Source: Basidiobolus meristosporus CBS 931.73
Taxonomy: Eukaryota > Fungi > Basidiobolomycota
DNA length: 64,000 nt
Reading direction: 5' to 3'
Assembly: GCA_002104905.1 (NCBI GenBank)
Contig: MCFE01000043.1
Coordinates: forward strand, 62,001-126,000
In this document: positions 22,126-35,157 of the stretch, piece by piece
Layout of the letters: each line of letters begins with the position of its first letter
Position numbering within the stretch: the first letter of the stretch is position 1
Notes under the pieces: model-generated
Databases searched by the model: none
Seen by the model: only the letters and a program-made list of their open reading frames with translations
Told to the model about the DNA's origin: nothing
Translations under genes and position numbers: made by a program

Positions 22126-23196
22126 TGTGGTGGTGTATAAGTCCAAGGGAGAGATACGTCCAACACTTCTCAAGTGTTTTGTGTGTGGGGTGTTCACTGG
22201 GTGCGATAACCTCTGGCAAAAGCTTGCTAGGAATACTTGGGTTCTGTCTCTAATCTAATGTGAAGGGGAATAAAGCCACAAGCTTGTCAAGGGAAAACTA
22301 TTGAGCTACAATCCCCAACTTAGTTGGCGTCTTAACAAAAGTATGTGCTGGGTTCAGCGTCCTTTGAGATGACAATGTACTAAAGCTTCCAAAGTCAAAA
22401 CAACTGTAAACTCCACCAGCAGGGACTTGATAAGAATGCAGCTGTGGTCAATAGTTACAAAGACAGAAAAGTATCTTTGCCTGTACAAGAACAAACTTGG
22501 GAAAGAATCAAATATAATAAAAGATACCTACTCTGAGTATTCCTCACAAGTAGTGCCTCCAAGGTCAGTTGGCTGTCAGCGCGGTTTCCTGGGAGTGTCC
22601 TGTGGTCTGGGGTTGGAAGTTCAGGTAGCAGCAGGTAGCAGTGATCACACTAATCAACAAGTTGGTATATTGATAAAAGGGATGATGATTTATTGTTGAG
22701 GGATAGCCTCCCTTATATACTTTTCTCACTGGCTAAGTGATTACTAATCAAGGTGTTCCAGAAGGTTCCGGAGATCAATAGAAATCTTAATGACATCAGA
22801 ATGACCTAAGAATGTTCTAAGTAGGTGCCGGAAGGTTCTAAGAGGCACAGCACATCCAACCAATCAGGAATCAGTATTCTGAAACCTGTGTAACATGGGG
22901 ATACCATATATGGTATGGAAATGGTAGGGATGGTGACACGGGCTGATCATGTGTCACGGGTACTGGCGCGGGTACTTGCCTAATATAGAAGTACTTATAG
23001 CTAGCAATCTTACATAAAGTGAGGGGTAACTTATGCAATAAGGTAAGCAGGTGTGATAGTCAACCAGCTTATGGGATAGTACTGATTGGGTAAGACAAAT
23101 GGGATAAAACTAAAATAAGTGTAGTAGAGATATAGGGAAGTAGAAAATAAGGGAATGAGCACATCTGTCAGTGGGTGTCACTGTCACCCCACTACA
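22126..23196 (-). repeat. Gypsy-A 5' LTR with TATA-like GTATATAAGG near 22711-22720
   Basis: Direct repeat of 16022-17092. Confidence 0.96.
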
Positions 23197-25249
23197 ACGT
23201 TCAGCTTTATGTTTGTTGTATAGTTGCTCAAATTCCATCACAAACATTCTGTACAAAAGCTGTAGATGTATGAAGTTGGCATTGGTGATCTGCTTCTGGA
23301 TAAATATTCCTACAATGTCTGCATATGTCTCCCAATGCTTCCAATGTACTCTTGGCAGATATGGCTTCAGAAGGCTACGTGAATAAATACATATCCAGCT
23401 CATCCAGTCCTTGCACTTGTATTGATGCATATGGATATGAATGTTAATTGGAGGCCATGGGAAGCACTGAGGGTAGTAGATACTTGGTAATATCTTGCCA
23501 ATTCTTTCAAATTTCTCTAGTTGCTCAAAGGCTTCATTTAGCCTGAAATGCCCCTTGGACAACTTGGTATTCAGTATAGGGATATTGTTGGTAAGCAAAT
23601 GCATTGCCCCCAGCGGAAAGCTTCTGCTCCAACGCATACCCTCTAACTTAAGTATCCCCAGATTGCAATTAATTTCATATTCTGGCCAATGGCTTATAGC
23701 TTGCCAACTTTGCCACAATTGCATGCTGACTTCTGTATGTTCTTGCCGTAGAAATATGATGTTCTTTACATTGTGGTTGGGTAATGATAATGTGTATGAG
23801 TTACGGAGTAAGTCCTGTGGATCTCACACATTTTACAGCAAGACTTTTCATTGTACCCAGAAAAGCTGGCTATCTTGCTGATGGCTGGGGTATCTCCAAT
23901 GCAACTGATAATATGTGCTCTGACCTGATAGCCATTTACTGTTGTCCTACTGGAAAGCATGCAAAGTTCATCCAGCAATGAATATAGGTGGCTGTCTAGG
24001 TTAGATGGTGATCTAGGCCCAGATACCAGTGAGATTACCTCAGATTTTGGCTCTGATACTGTAAGATAGGTGCAGATTCAGGTGTATGAGAATCAGTGGA
24101 CAGCAGTATTTACTGGTAGAGTATTTGTTTACTACAAATTTATCAAGTGCCACAGCAAAGGCATGATCATTCATGCTATCAAAGTAGCCCTTGCTTCTTA
24201 GCTGTCTGTAATGTATGCCATCAAATATTTCTGATATGTTTGTGCTTGATTGATACTGAGGGCGGTACTTTATAGTTTCACAATATATGTCAGACTTTAT
24301 AAGCCTCTTTAAACATGGTACTGCCTGAATGTATCTGGAATGTGAACAGCATATTCCCCCAATCGTGGTGGATTTCTCTCAAGATGGATACCTTGCAATG
24401 GTGGCATTTTCTAATGTGAATGTCATGCAACTGTTAACAAATGCTGGTATCAGAACAGTGTCTGGATCAGATGTTGCCAGCTGCAGGATGTTTTTCCACT
24501 TATGCCATGTTCATGAAAAGTTGCATCAGGATGATTTTGGAAAGAAGTAGTAGTGAATCCTCAAAGCCCCTATTAATGCTATTAGTGAAACCTTCCACTT
24601 CACTAGCCACAACATTACAAAATTCACCAACAGATAGATTACTGGGCTCACTTGATTCCATAAAGTATTCTTGGCATTTTTTTCACAGGTGTTGTTTCAT
24701 TGAATAGTGGGATTTTGCTGGGCTCATGCAGAGTACTGTTGTGAGGGAAGATAGACTCACAATCCATCAATGAGTATGCTTCTACCAAGCTACCACCCTG
24801 CATGCCATATTCAGATGAATGGAGCAAGCCAAAAGGCGTTAAAAACTCTCTGGATTCATTTTGCCCAAGGTGAAAGTACAGCCTGATGCTGTAATAGAAG
24901 TATCAAGTGGCTGGCAGAATTTTGTTGGTACAGTAGTGACTAGTGAGAGGTCACATATGACTTGTGTGGCAAAATAGTGGTCTTGATCTTTGTAATACTT
25001 CCTATGCTGTCTGTGTACTTCATGGCTGAGAGGCTTGCTACAGTAGCCACAAGGTCTCTTTTCTCTTTTCTTATGGTGTTGAATCAAAGTAGTCTTGTCC
25101 ATGGGGCAAACAGCTTGACACTCAGCAATGTAATGCTATTATCACTCTTTTGTCAATACTCATATGAGCTTGAGACAGTATTGTATTGGATACACTTCAC
25201 CTACACAAATGTAAGATTCAATGATGACCTGCCATATAAAGCATCATAA

Positions 25250-26050
25250 ATAAAGTTGTGGCACCACATATACATGTATATATAATACCATTTTCCCTTT
25301 GGTTTGACTTGCATCCATGTATATTCCACCAAAAAATAAAGCAAGGTTGTCTGGTTCCCAACCAAACCCCACAGTGGACAGCAGCAGAAGAGCAGTTAGG
25401 CTACAACTTGCCTTTACATTGAGTAAAACAAGCCGGGCCACAACAAAAAATGGCTCTGTGGAGAGTGTGCTCACTGAAGGGAATAAAGCGGACTCCTCAG
25501 GCTCTCAGTCAAGTAGGCAATTAGGGATTTTTGCAGATCTACAATCTGTCCATATTGCTGAGGTAGATGAGAATGCAAAAAGCAGAACCTTCCGTTGAAG
25601 ACCAGCAAGTGGCTGTCATAACATTGCCACCACCCATGTGAGCAAGTGTGTTTTCAGCTCATACTGAAGCATTAATGAGGTAATCAGGTGAAGTGGCTGA
25701 TAGGATTGATGCAATAGCCCAGAGAAATCAGGAAATAGTCCAGAAACAGGATGTGCAGATAAGAGGTGTAGAGCAATCAGCATCCCAGGTGGAGAGAGCA
25801 GTATCTTTGTTGCAAAGAAGAAGCTCAAATAGCTCAATATTGCAGCCAGGTATTGAGCCATTTTCTCATGTAGCAGCAGAGGAACACCATACAGTCTTTG
25901 AAGCACAATGACAGTGCCCAAAGATAAAGCATGCAGAAAAACCTATCACGGCTTAGGAGGGAGAAAATGCAGTGTTTATACTAATGCCCAAAAATCAAAA
26001 GAGAGTGAAGACCTGTGAAACTGTGGAGTGCAATGATGATGCGTATTGGA
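25250..26050 (+). pseudogene. Gene B 5' remnant, divergent from the transposase at 15610-25102
   Basis: Reverse complement of ~9500-10310; ORFs 25317-25598 and 25693-25911 (coiled-coil-like). Confidence 0.6.
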
Positions 26051-28330
26051 ACAGAAATCTGATGGAAGTTTGACTGGTATATGGGCCTAAATCGCCATCC
26101 AACCTGGATAACTACCTGTATCCATTGCCAAATGAATTTTGCTTGCTTTCAAGCAGGATAACAGTAAATGGCTGTCATGGCAACAAGCATGTAAAATGTG
26201 CTCTGGCAATACCCCCATCTTCAGCAAGATAGCCAGCCTTTCTGGGTAGAATGGATGGTATTGCTGTCAAATGTGTGAGTTCTATGGGACTAACTCAATA
26301 ACTCATACACATTATTATTGTCCAACTACAACATTAAAAAATTTTCTTTCCACAGAGAGAACATACCAAAGTCAGCATGCAATTGCAGCAAAGTTGGCAA
26401 GCTATAAGCCATTGGCCAGAATATGAAATTAATTGCTATCTGGGGACACTTAAGATAGTGGGTATCTGTTGAGCAGAAGCTTTCCACTGGGAGCAATGCA
26501 TTTGCTTACCAACAATATCTCTATACTGATTACCAAGTTGTACAAGGGATATTTCAAGCTAAATGAAGTCATTGAGATACCTGTGAAATTTGAAAGAATT
26601 GGCAGGATATTACTGAGTATCTGCTATCCCAGTGCTTGCCAAGGCCTCCAATAATCATTCATGTCCAAATGCATCAATACCAGTGCAAGTACTGGACAAG
26701 CTGGATAGGTATATTCAAGTGACCATCTGATGTTATGAATTGACACAAGGCAGGAGAGTAGGGCTAGGTAAGGCAGGACCAGGAAAGGACTTAGGTGTGG
26801 ATCAACAAGGCAAGGTGGATTTCCAAGGCAAGGCTGTTTATTCAAGACCTGTGCTTATCAGACTGAGGAATACTTAAGGGGGGATAGGACTATATATACT
26901 TTTTGGCTATACTGATGCCAAGAGATATTAACTAATACTAATGGGGTTGTGGGGTAAGGCAATGCAGCAGAGCTGGGGATAATAATATAGAAAGCAAGGC
27001 ACTGAGACAGCATGGGGAAATGGATTGGGTCACCTGATCATGTGACTAAGTCATGTGACCTGGTATTTCCATATATGGTACTGGACTATGAAAGATACAA
27101 TGGGAAGCTTCCATGGAATGTTCCATTGTGTAACAATGGTTTGGAAAGGTCAGAAACTCTCTGGAAGGTGGCAGAAGGTTCCAGAAGGATTCTCTTAGAA
27201 ATTGAGCTAGGAAGCTGAAACTTGGCATGGGTGTTTGTGGTTGTCATGAGATCATGACATCTGAAGCCTTTTCTACCAAGAGTATATTGGAAGCATTGGG
27301 AGTTTTATGAGGTCATTGTAGGAATATTCATTCAGAAGCAGGTTGCCAATACCAACTGCATACATCTACGGCTTTTGTACAAAGTGCTTGTCACAAAATT
27401 TGAGTGGCTATACTACAAACATAAAGGTAAACATGTAGATCTCTGCCGCTAATGTATCTATTTGCTACTCCATCTTGCTTGGTGTGTTGAGAATATTGGA
27501 CCTTGCTTTACCTTTTGGTAGTTTCCTATGGAGCAGATGTGTGGGGAAATAGGAAGACAAGCCAAGTTGCAGGCTGTGACATATCAAAATCTCACTAAGA
27601 ATATTATCTTTGAGTCCATTATAGATGTGATGAGTTGGCACATGGAGGTCAGACAGGAAGAGTAGGAAATTCTTAGGACAGATGTGAATATGGCAACTCC
27701 TATGCCTACAGCATTAAGAAGCAAAGCAGCCCCAATGCATGGGTAATCAGTTAAGTAATGCAAAGTTGGGTTGAGTGCAACAAGCAACAAATTCTTATAA
27801 AAAAGATCTACCAAAGAATGCAAGGTTTCACTTGGTCATAAGCCCACTTCTTGACTATTCACTTCAGAACTCACACAAACAAGAGCCAGAGCACACCTAT
27901 AAGGGGGACTAGAATCCAGCTAGGAGAAGGAATATATTGGCTAAATATCAAAAAGTTCTTTGCAGATACTGCGGAGTGATTCATGGCAGAAGTGGTGGCA
28001 ACCAAGCATATGTTTGGAAAATATTTATGTTACCAGCAATACAAGGTATATGGCAACTCTGCAAGTATTACACTAAAAAGCTGTAAAGTTGAGGAATACC
28101 AGTATGTCAATTGTGGCTGGTGTGCGCATTTGTGAGGTTAGTAAGCTGGAGGCCATAGTTTTTTTGATTTGAACTATACATGCAATTCCCAAGGTAGTAG
28201 TGGGTAAGCAAATAAAGTGGGGTGGATCTGCAGTGTAATATATGAGTAGCACAAAGGGAGGTAGAAAAGGAAGTATCATTTGGTAAATTAGTACAGTAGC
28301 AGTTTACAGAACTAGCTCTAGGCCACCATA
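26050..28330 (+). pseudogene. CACTA-like transposase remnant (middle to C-terminal tail)
   Basis: SFPLGAMHLLTNNI (26469-26654); 27300-27850 parallels the reverse complement of 23110-23340 and 15610-16020. Confidence 0.65.
26731..27259. repeat. Solo LTR, family C
   Basis: TGTTATGA..TCATGACA; perfect TSD TCTGA. Confidence 0.88.
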
Positions 28331-28334
28331 GGAA

Positions 28335-29211
28335 ATCTAGCAGCACTGGATAACTCAGAGAGTCAACAGAGGTAGAAGAATCTGAGTACAAAGCTGCGGC
28401 ATATGTTCCTATATTAAGATGCCAGCAGATGCATGTAAGAGGATGAATGCCAAGAGAAGAACTGAAAGCAAGAATGAGCTGAGAGTGAGGGAATTTGATG
28501 CGGAAGCTGCATGCCAAAAATTCTGTGTGCAATTTCACAGTATGGGGTGACCACATCTATTTCTGTCTCAAATTTGGGGCCAAAAAGATTTTACATGAGT
28601 TGTGCCTCAAATGACCAATGTACTACACAATATTTCAGTAGAGTTAAGTGGCTTCTAAGAGCAGTATACCCAGGACCCATCAAGGCAGCAGCTTCAAAGT
28701 ATTGGACAGAGGGTAGGTAAATACCTTGAGGAATCAGAAGGTGAGCTTCAAGAGGAAGAAAACAGACCATGAGCAATTGCATCCAGATTGCACCTGCACA
28801 CCTTGCTTGACTTCATATCATCCCCTGCAACACCAGTTCACCAGCACATGTTGGTCCAATCTACACAAGCACCCTACACAAGAGTGCCCCTCATCAAGTC
28901 AATGTGCATTAGATCAATGCATGCCCTTCACATCATAACTACCAAAATGTGCCAAAATGCTCATTTAGACACAACACCATTGGGGCAAGCCAAGTTGCAT
29001 CAACATGTAACATCACATCAAACTCAGCCAAGGGCTATGCCAAACACATTAAGTTGCGCCTGAACATGCTGTTTCACCTGACTATTAGCAAGTTACTTCT
29101 AGTTAACTGACTGACAATGACCCACATGAATTACCACCACCACCAAAGCCTTTGGCAAGTAAAAGAACATGTCAGCACCTGGCACTTCAGGATGGTTCCT
29201 GCCATTACAAT
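28335..29211 (+). pseudogene. Second copy of ORF Y (partial)
   Basis: Aligns with 13790-14650. Confidence 0.6.
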
Positions 29212-31736
29212 CCCAATGAAGTATTATTGTAATGATCCCACCAAAAGACTATCTCAAAATTTAAATCCCATCACTAAGAGGTATTGATGCTGTGTGGACA
29301 CTGTGCAATGACTGCTAAGCAAATATTTACCCAAGAATTCACAAAAAGCATAGTCAAGGCTTTTGATCACAACAATACATAAGTAGTATTTGCTTGGTTC
29401 TCTACCAATCAGCTTACTCTCTGCTCCCAAATATTCAGTCATCTCCTATGTTTGTCTACATTGAATGGCTATTGCCTTTTTTAACACTCCATACTTCCTG
29501 ACTCATACACTGTGCTTACTTTTCATGGACACACATTGGTTTATTTCCTTTCAATCTTCATATGTAACTCAGTTTCCAATTGCACTGACCTATGCAGATC
29601 CCTATACCCAATACTAACTTTAAGCTCAACCTCATACTTAACAAGTAACTTCATTAAAATCTGCCATTCAATAAGTATTTCTGCTGTGACACTCTTTTTC
29701 CACAACTTTTGCAAGAATCCCATGGCTTTATGCTGATGTTGATTCATTGGTTCCCACTTGCCCTGGTCCTCAGTCAGCACCTCATCTTCTGGTCATTGCA
29801 ATATTTAAGAGTGTTTTCTTGAGCACTGCTCTTGAAGAAACATGGCAACCCTTTACTGCTCCTGTTTTTGCCCCAAAATTCCACTGTGGGCATTGCAATA
29901 GTCTTTTGAGTTCTAAAGCTTGTTGCTTTGTCTGTGAGTGGTATCCTCACACTGCCTACAAAAGTGGATGTCAAGGCTGTGATATACAAGCTGCCTATCT
30001 CTGCAAACTGATCTATCTCACTGGAGAGTAGCTCAACAGGCTGTGCTTCTAACTCTTAAGAAAACAATTGTCATCCTGTTGGAGATTATTCTTGGCTACT
30101 ATGGGGTTCAGTCTGTTCCAGGCTTATGGTGTCAGTTGCTGATGAGTGATGTGGAGTTGTGGCTTGCAAAGTGGCGTATTTTCATTAAGAACAGTAATGG
30201 GGGGCCTTGAGAATTTACTACTAATTCTTGCCAAATGATTCTAGGGTGTAGCTTACTATGTAAGTGGTACAAACTGGCAACCATTTTGTAGCTGGCAACA
30301 CATGACCCAGAGACTGTATTGATAGAATCATGTGTTAACAATTGCATGACACTCTCATCAGAAAATGCCCCCATTGTAGGAAAATGTTGCACACACTCCA
30401 GATATATTCCTGCAATTCCCCCTCTACAAAGGCTCAGACAGTCCAACAGGTATTGTGAAGCTAAAACATACCACATGCAGTATCAATCAGGCACATACAT
30501 TTCTGATATAAACAATGGTAGACACCACAATCAATTCAGAAGCAAAGGCTACTTTGGAGGTATGTATGACCATGCCCTTGCCTTGACACCTGATAGACGC
30601 TCATTAAACAAGTATATTGCCTGCAAATCCAGCGGACAATTGATTTTCATTAATCTAAATCTGCAACCAAGGTTATGATATCAGAGCAGAAATCTAATGG
30701 TAGTCTCTCTGATATCTGGGTCTAAATTGCCATCCAACCTGTAGAGCTGGCTTTTTGATGCACAATGAACAGCATTGCAGTTGAATATGTGAGATCCAGT
30801 GTGTGTACTTTATAATTCATACTTATTATTGTTGGTAAAGTACCAATTTAAAGAACTTTGTCTTTCTACAGAGATAACTTACAGAATTCAGCAAGCAACT
30901 GTAGCAAAATTGGCAAGCTATAAGCCATTGATCAGAATGTGGAACTAATTTGACACCAGTGATACATAAGATTAAGGGTATCTGTTAGAGCAAAAGCTTT
31001 CCACTGGGAGACATGCATTTGCTCTTCAACAATATTCCTACACTAATGAGCAAGTTATAAACAAGCATTTCAAGCTAAATACTCCCTTTGAGACACCAGA
31101 GAACTTTGAAAGAATTGGCAACATATTCCAGAATATCTGCAACCCAATGTACTAATAGCAAGCACTAATCCATATTTATATACACACACAACAATACAAT
31201 GCAAGGACTAGATGAGCTAGATATATATTTATTCAAGTGGCCTTCTGAAGCCATTTCTACCAAGAGTACATTAGAAGCATTAGGAGTCATATGCTGGTAT
31301 TGTATCAATGCTAATTCCAGAGTGGATAACTATTGCCAATATGGTGCATCTACAGCTTTTATGCAAGGGGTTTGAGATAGGATTAAGCTGCTATACTGCA
31401 AGGATAAAGCCAAACAAATAGATTTCTGTCACTGCTGTATCCATTCTCCACACCTTCTTGCTTCATGTGTGTAAAATAATGGGCCCTGCTTCATCTTTTA
31501 GGAGTCTCCTATGAAGTGGATGTGTGGGCAGATAGGAAGACAAGTCAAGTGGCAAGCACTACCTCACCCAATTTCATCAAGATAATATCCTTCAGGTCCA
31601 TGATGGATGTGTTGCGCTGCTACTAGGAAGACAGCCAGGAAGTGCTGGAATATACTGTGGACAGATGGACACATGGAGACACCTATGTCTTTAGCAATAA
31701 GAAGCTAAGCAGCTCCAGTATGTGGGTAATCAGCTA
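29212..31736 (+). mobile_element. CACTA-like copy: left terminus, gene B 3' domain (minus strand), deleted transposase
   Basis: CCCAATGAAGTATTATTGTAATGATCC aligns with 7489 onward; 29480-30060 is homologous to 7845-8350; 30100-31730 holds transposase fragments. Confidence 0.6.
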
Positions 31737-33480
31737 CTCTACAAGATATAATCTGATACTGCAGGCGGATGTGATCCAGATCAGCGTCAAGATCCTGTCA
31801 GGAGACTGCTATAATACCAGTAGCTTGAATTTATTGACCATCTATACAATTGTATGACAGCTTCACAACTGCATTTGGCTAGTCTTACAGCCAAATAAAG
31901 TTAAAACACATAGCAGTATGGTACAGTGTTTTGCTCAGTGTGGCATGGCACGGTTGGGGTGCCGGTGCACTCAATACTATTTGAGTGGATCTAAGCAGCC
32001 AGTGTATCCAATTGCTTTATATGGCAAGAAACTTAACAATGTTTTGACAGTTTCAGTGCAGGCCTCTGATGATATTCTCACAGCAGTATAGTGGCCTACA
32101 ACTAGTTCTGTAGAGTGCTCCATACCAATTTACCAAATGCTGTTCCATTTTCTTACCTCCCCTTGCGCAATTTATATATTCAGCTGTAAAATCACCTCAC
32201 TTTGTTTGATTACCCACTACTACCTTGGGTATTCCACAGATAGCTTGAATCAAAGAAACTATGGCCTCCTGCTTACTAACCTCTTCAAGCACACGCACCT
32301 GCCACAATTGGCATACTTCTATTACCACAACTCTAGAGCTTTTTAGCGTGATACTTGCAAAGTTGCCATATACATTGTATTGCAGGTAACAAATACATAT
32401 TGCAAGCATACACTTGGTTGCTGCCACTTCTGACATCAATACTGTTGTGCATCAACATTTAAAACTTGGCCAATTTCACTCCATTAGAAAATCTAGTACC
32501 CTAACTGATTTTCCCTAACCCAAACATAACTAATCCCTGTTATGACTTATTTTATCACTTCTCAGAATCTATTTTTAGCTGCCACACCTGATTAATTTTC
32601 ATGTGGTCATTACATACTGAACTAATCTGCTCAGCCTTTCCAAGTAATTAGTCATCTGAGATTTATCCAACCACTTAGCAGTTGCCAAGACATCAGCTGA
32701 TTAATGATGCAGCTTATCATTTATCTTATGCATCTATCAACACCCCAACAGATTTCAATTAGTCCAGTCTCTTGGTGCTTACTAACGCAACTCAATCAGA
32801 AAAGTATTAACAAAGCTTACTTAACCTTTTGGTTTAGTGTGTGTCTCAACAAAATTAAGAATTCAACAAATCCATTCTAGTTTCTACCCAAGCTTAGCAT
32901 ATCTAGCACTCTCAAGAGCACCAAGCCTGGCCTGCATAGCAAACCTACTCTGTTACCTTTATAGCCCAACTCAGCTATATATAAGACCAATATTAGACCA
33001 GTACCTCTCTGCTAATATTTCTGACACTCTTGACAACTCTAAGATTCTGCACTTAGTTGTCACTTAGGTTCAGTTAACTCATTAAAGGGTTTTAATACAC
33101 TTTTCTCTTGGATACAACAAAGACCTCCTTGATATCTGCAAAGAACTTTCTGGTATTTGGCCAATATATTTCTTATCCCTGCTGGATTGTAGTCCCCCTT
33201 ATAGGTGCACCCTGGCTCTTGTTTATGAGAAATCTGTATTCAATGGTGTAGAAACTTGCTTGTGACCAAGAGAAAGCCAGCATACTTTGGTAGAATTTCC
33301 TAATAATTAGCTGATAGTTACACCCAACCTTACTTTGCATTACTTAACCGCTTACCCACCCATTGGGGCTCCTTAGATTCTTGATGCCATAGGCATAGCT
33401 GTCTTCATGTGCACATCTGTCCTCAGTATTTTCCAACTCTTCCAGGCTGACTTTCATGTGTCAACTCAGCAAAGTGACAT
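31737..33480 (-). mobile_element. CACTA-like right end and transposase tail (inverted)
   Basis: CTCTACAAGATATAA start; matches 10961-11400 and the reverse complement of 27700-28330. Confidence 0.55.
32443..33119 (+). repeat. Probable solo LTR, family D (single copy in the window)
   Basis: TGTTGT..ACAACA ends; TSD AATAC/AAGAC (4/5); TATATAAG near 32975; flanks rejoin into the transposase tail. Confidence 0.7.
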
Positions 33481-34286
33481 CACAGTCCTGTTGCAAAGTA
33501 ATGCAGAAGGTCAAAAATTCCAAGCATCTAAACATGACTGCTATGTGTCTTCTAATGCCATCTAGGCATTCTTTGCTGTTTTTATTCTTGAGCATTAAAT
33601 GAGCAACTTGTTTTTAATATCAAGGCAAATGCAGTTGAAGGCACTTTGTCTTCTCTTCCAGATTTATAAGGCTTCCTCTCCCACATTTTTAGGAGGGCAA
33701 TCTTCTCCCATGACATTACCCAAAGACCTCTTTTGTTTAGCAGCATCTTCATCATTACCTTCCATACCCTATAGCTAAATCCATCCAACTTTTCAGCTGA
33801 GCAAGAAATTCCATTAATAGCAATAGTACATTACACAAAGTGACAACCTGGGGTTCATAACCTGCTGTAAGAGTCTTGGAGATAATCAGAGTGACTGGGA
33901 GGACAAGTGGATTATATAGTTTTCACTAAGTGATTTTTGAATGAAAAGTTATTATTTACAGTCTTGCTTAGTCTCAGCATAGCAAATACGTGTAATAGAC
34001 TTGGGAAGGTTCCAAAAACATGTGTGCCAAGTTTGTGACTGTTTGAACAGCATTGAGAGTTTTCATGCTCAGAGTGCATGATGTTTTGGTGAAAATCCTC
34101 CCAGTAAATCCCAAGCAGAAAGTTAGTGGGTAGTTTCTAGGATTTTTAGGTAATGATCTATGTAACTAAGTGAGGTGATTACTTAGATACAATTACAAAG
34201 GTTTTCTACACCCCCACTCAGCTATATATGAACACTAGCAAGTCCTAATTTAACCTGAGATGTTCAAATTTGTGTCTAGCTAATGG

Positions 34287-34606
34287 TGTTATGATCTACA
34301 GATTGAATGTTTTAGTTAGGTTTCTTTTTAATCAAATCAATTAGTTTTATGTTTAGCCTATTGGTATATCAGTATTATCTATCAGATCAGCATTATTAAG
34401 TAAAATCCAATTGGGTGATGATGATGTAACCAAATGATTCTTCAGCCACAACCTACATTAGGAAATATAATGTGTCAGCAATTGATTGGGCAAAATGTAT
34501 ATAAGGAGCTACTGGAACCTCTATAATGATCAGTTCAAGCTTCAGTTGATACAACTCTAGCTAAACTCCCTATTCATCTATAACTCTTATATCCAAATTT
34601 GTAACA
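34287..34606 (+). repeat. Gypsy-B solo LTR (diverged)
   Basis: TGTTATGATCTA..TTGTAACA; matches 61007-61374. Confidence 0.85.
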
Positions 34607-34788
34607 ACTGTTTGGTAGATATGTCTCCATTTATTTCATCTGTGGGACATTGATCTATGTGAACCAGGTTATTCTCTATAACTCCATGTACAAAATGATG
34701 TCTGATTTTATTTGCTCAGTTCCAGTATGAGCATCTGAATTCCTACCCTAACAAGGAATTTGATCAGTTGTGTTCAAAGATTAGCAGG

Positions 34789-35157
34789 TGTTATGATCTA
34801 CCACTTTAATATATATGTTAGATCAGTTGTTAATCATATCAATTAGTCTTATGCTTAGCTTATTGGTATATCAGTGATATCTATCAAATCAATAGTATTA
34901 GGCAGCAGATGAATCAAGACACCCTTATCAGACAAAAGTAGATACATTGAGTAAGATCAAATAGGGTGATGATGATGCAATCAAGTGAGTCATCAGCCAC
35001 AACCTACATAAGGAAATACAATTAGTCAGCAATTGATCTGGCCAAATGTATATAAGGAGCTGCTGGAACCTCAATAAAAATCAGTTCAAGTATGAGTGAA
35101 TAAAATATTAGCAAAACTCCCTATTTCTCTACAACTCTTATATCAATACTTGTAATA
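34789..35157 (+). repeat. Gypsy-B solo LTR
   Basis: TGTTATGATCTA..TTGTAATA; matches 61007-61374. Confidence 0.85.

Larger units (their letters stand above)
16022..23196 (-). mobile_element. Ty3/Gypsy LTR retrotransposon Gypsy-A, full-length and young
   Basis: 1071-bp LTRs with 4 differences; TSD ACGT (16018-16021, 23197-23200); PBS, PPT and intact gag-pol present. Confidence 0.98.
15610..25102 (-). pseudogene. CACTA/EnSpm (Transposase_21-like) transposase remnant, split by Gypsy-A
   Basis: CIGDTPAISKIASFSGYNEKSCCKMC, FPLGAMHLLTNNI, EFEQLYNKHKAER|VDLCCYYMHFLLHF..FWEFLERMCREIGRQVK..PYHNL. Confidence 0.75.

Noticed and set aside
21982-22197. 71-aa upstream ORF overlapping the gag start in an ATGA stop-start arrangement
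   Set aside because: It begins with GTG, not ATG; there is no AUG in the leader, so coupling is unsupported in a eukaryote.
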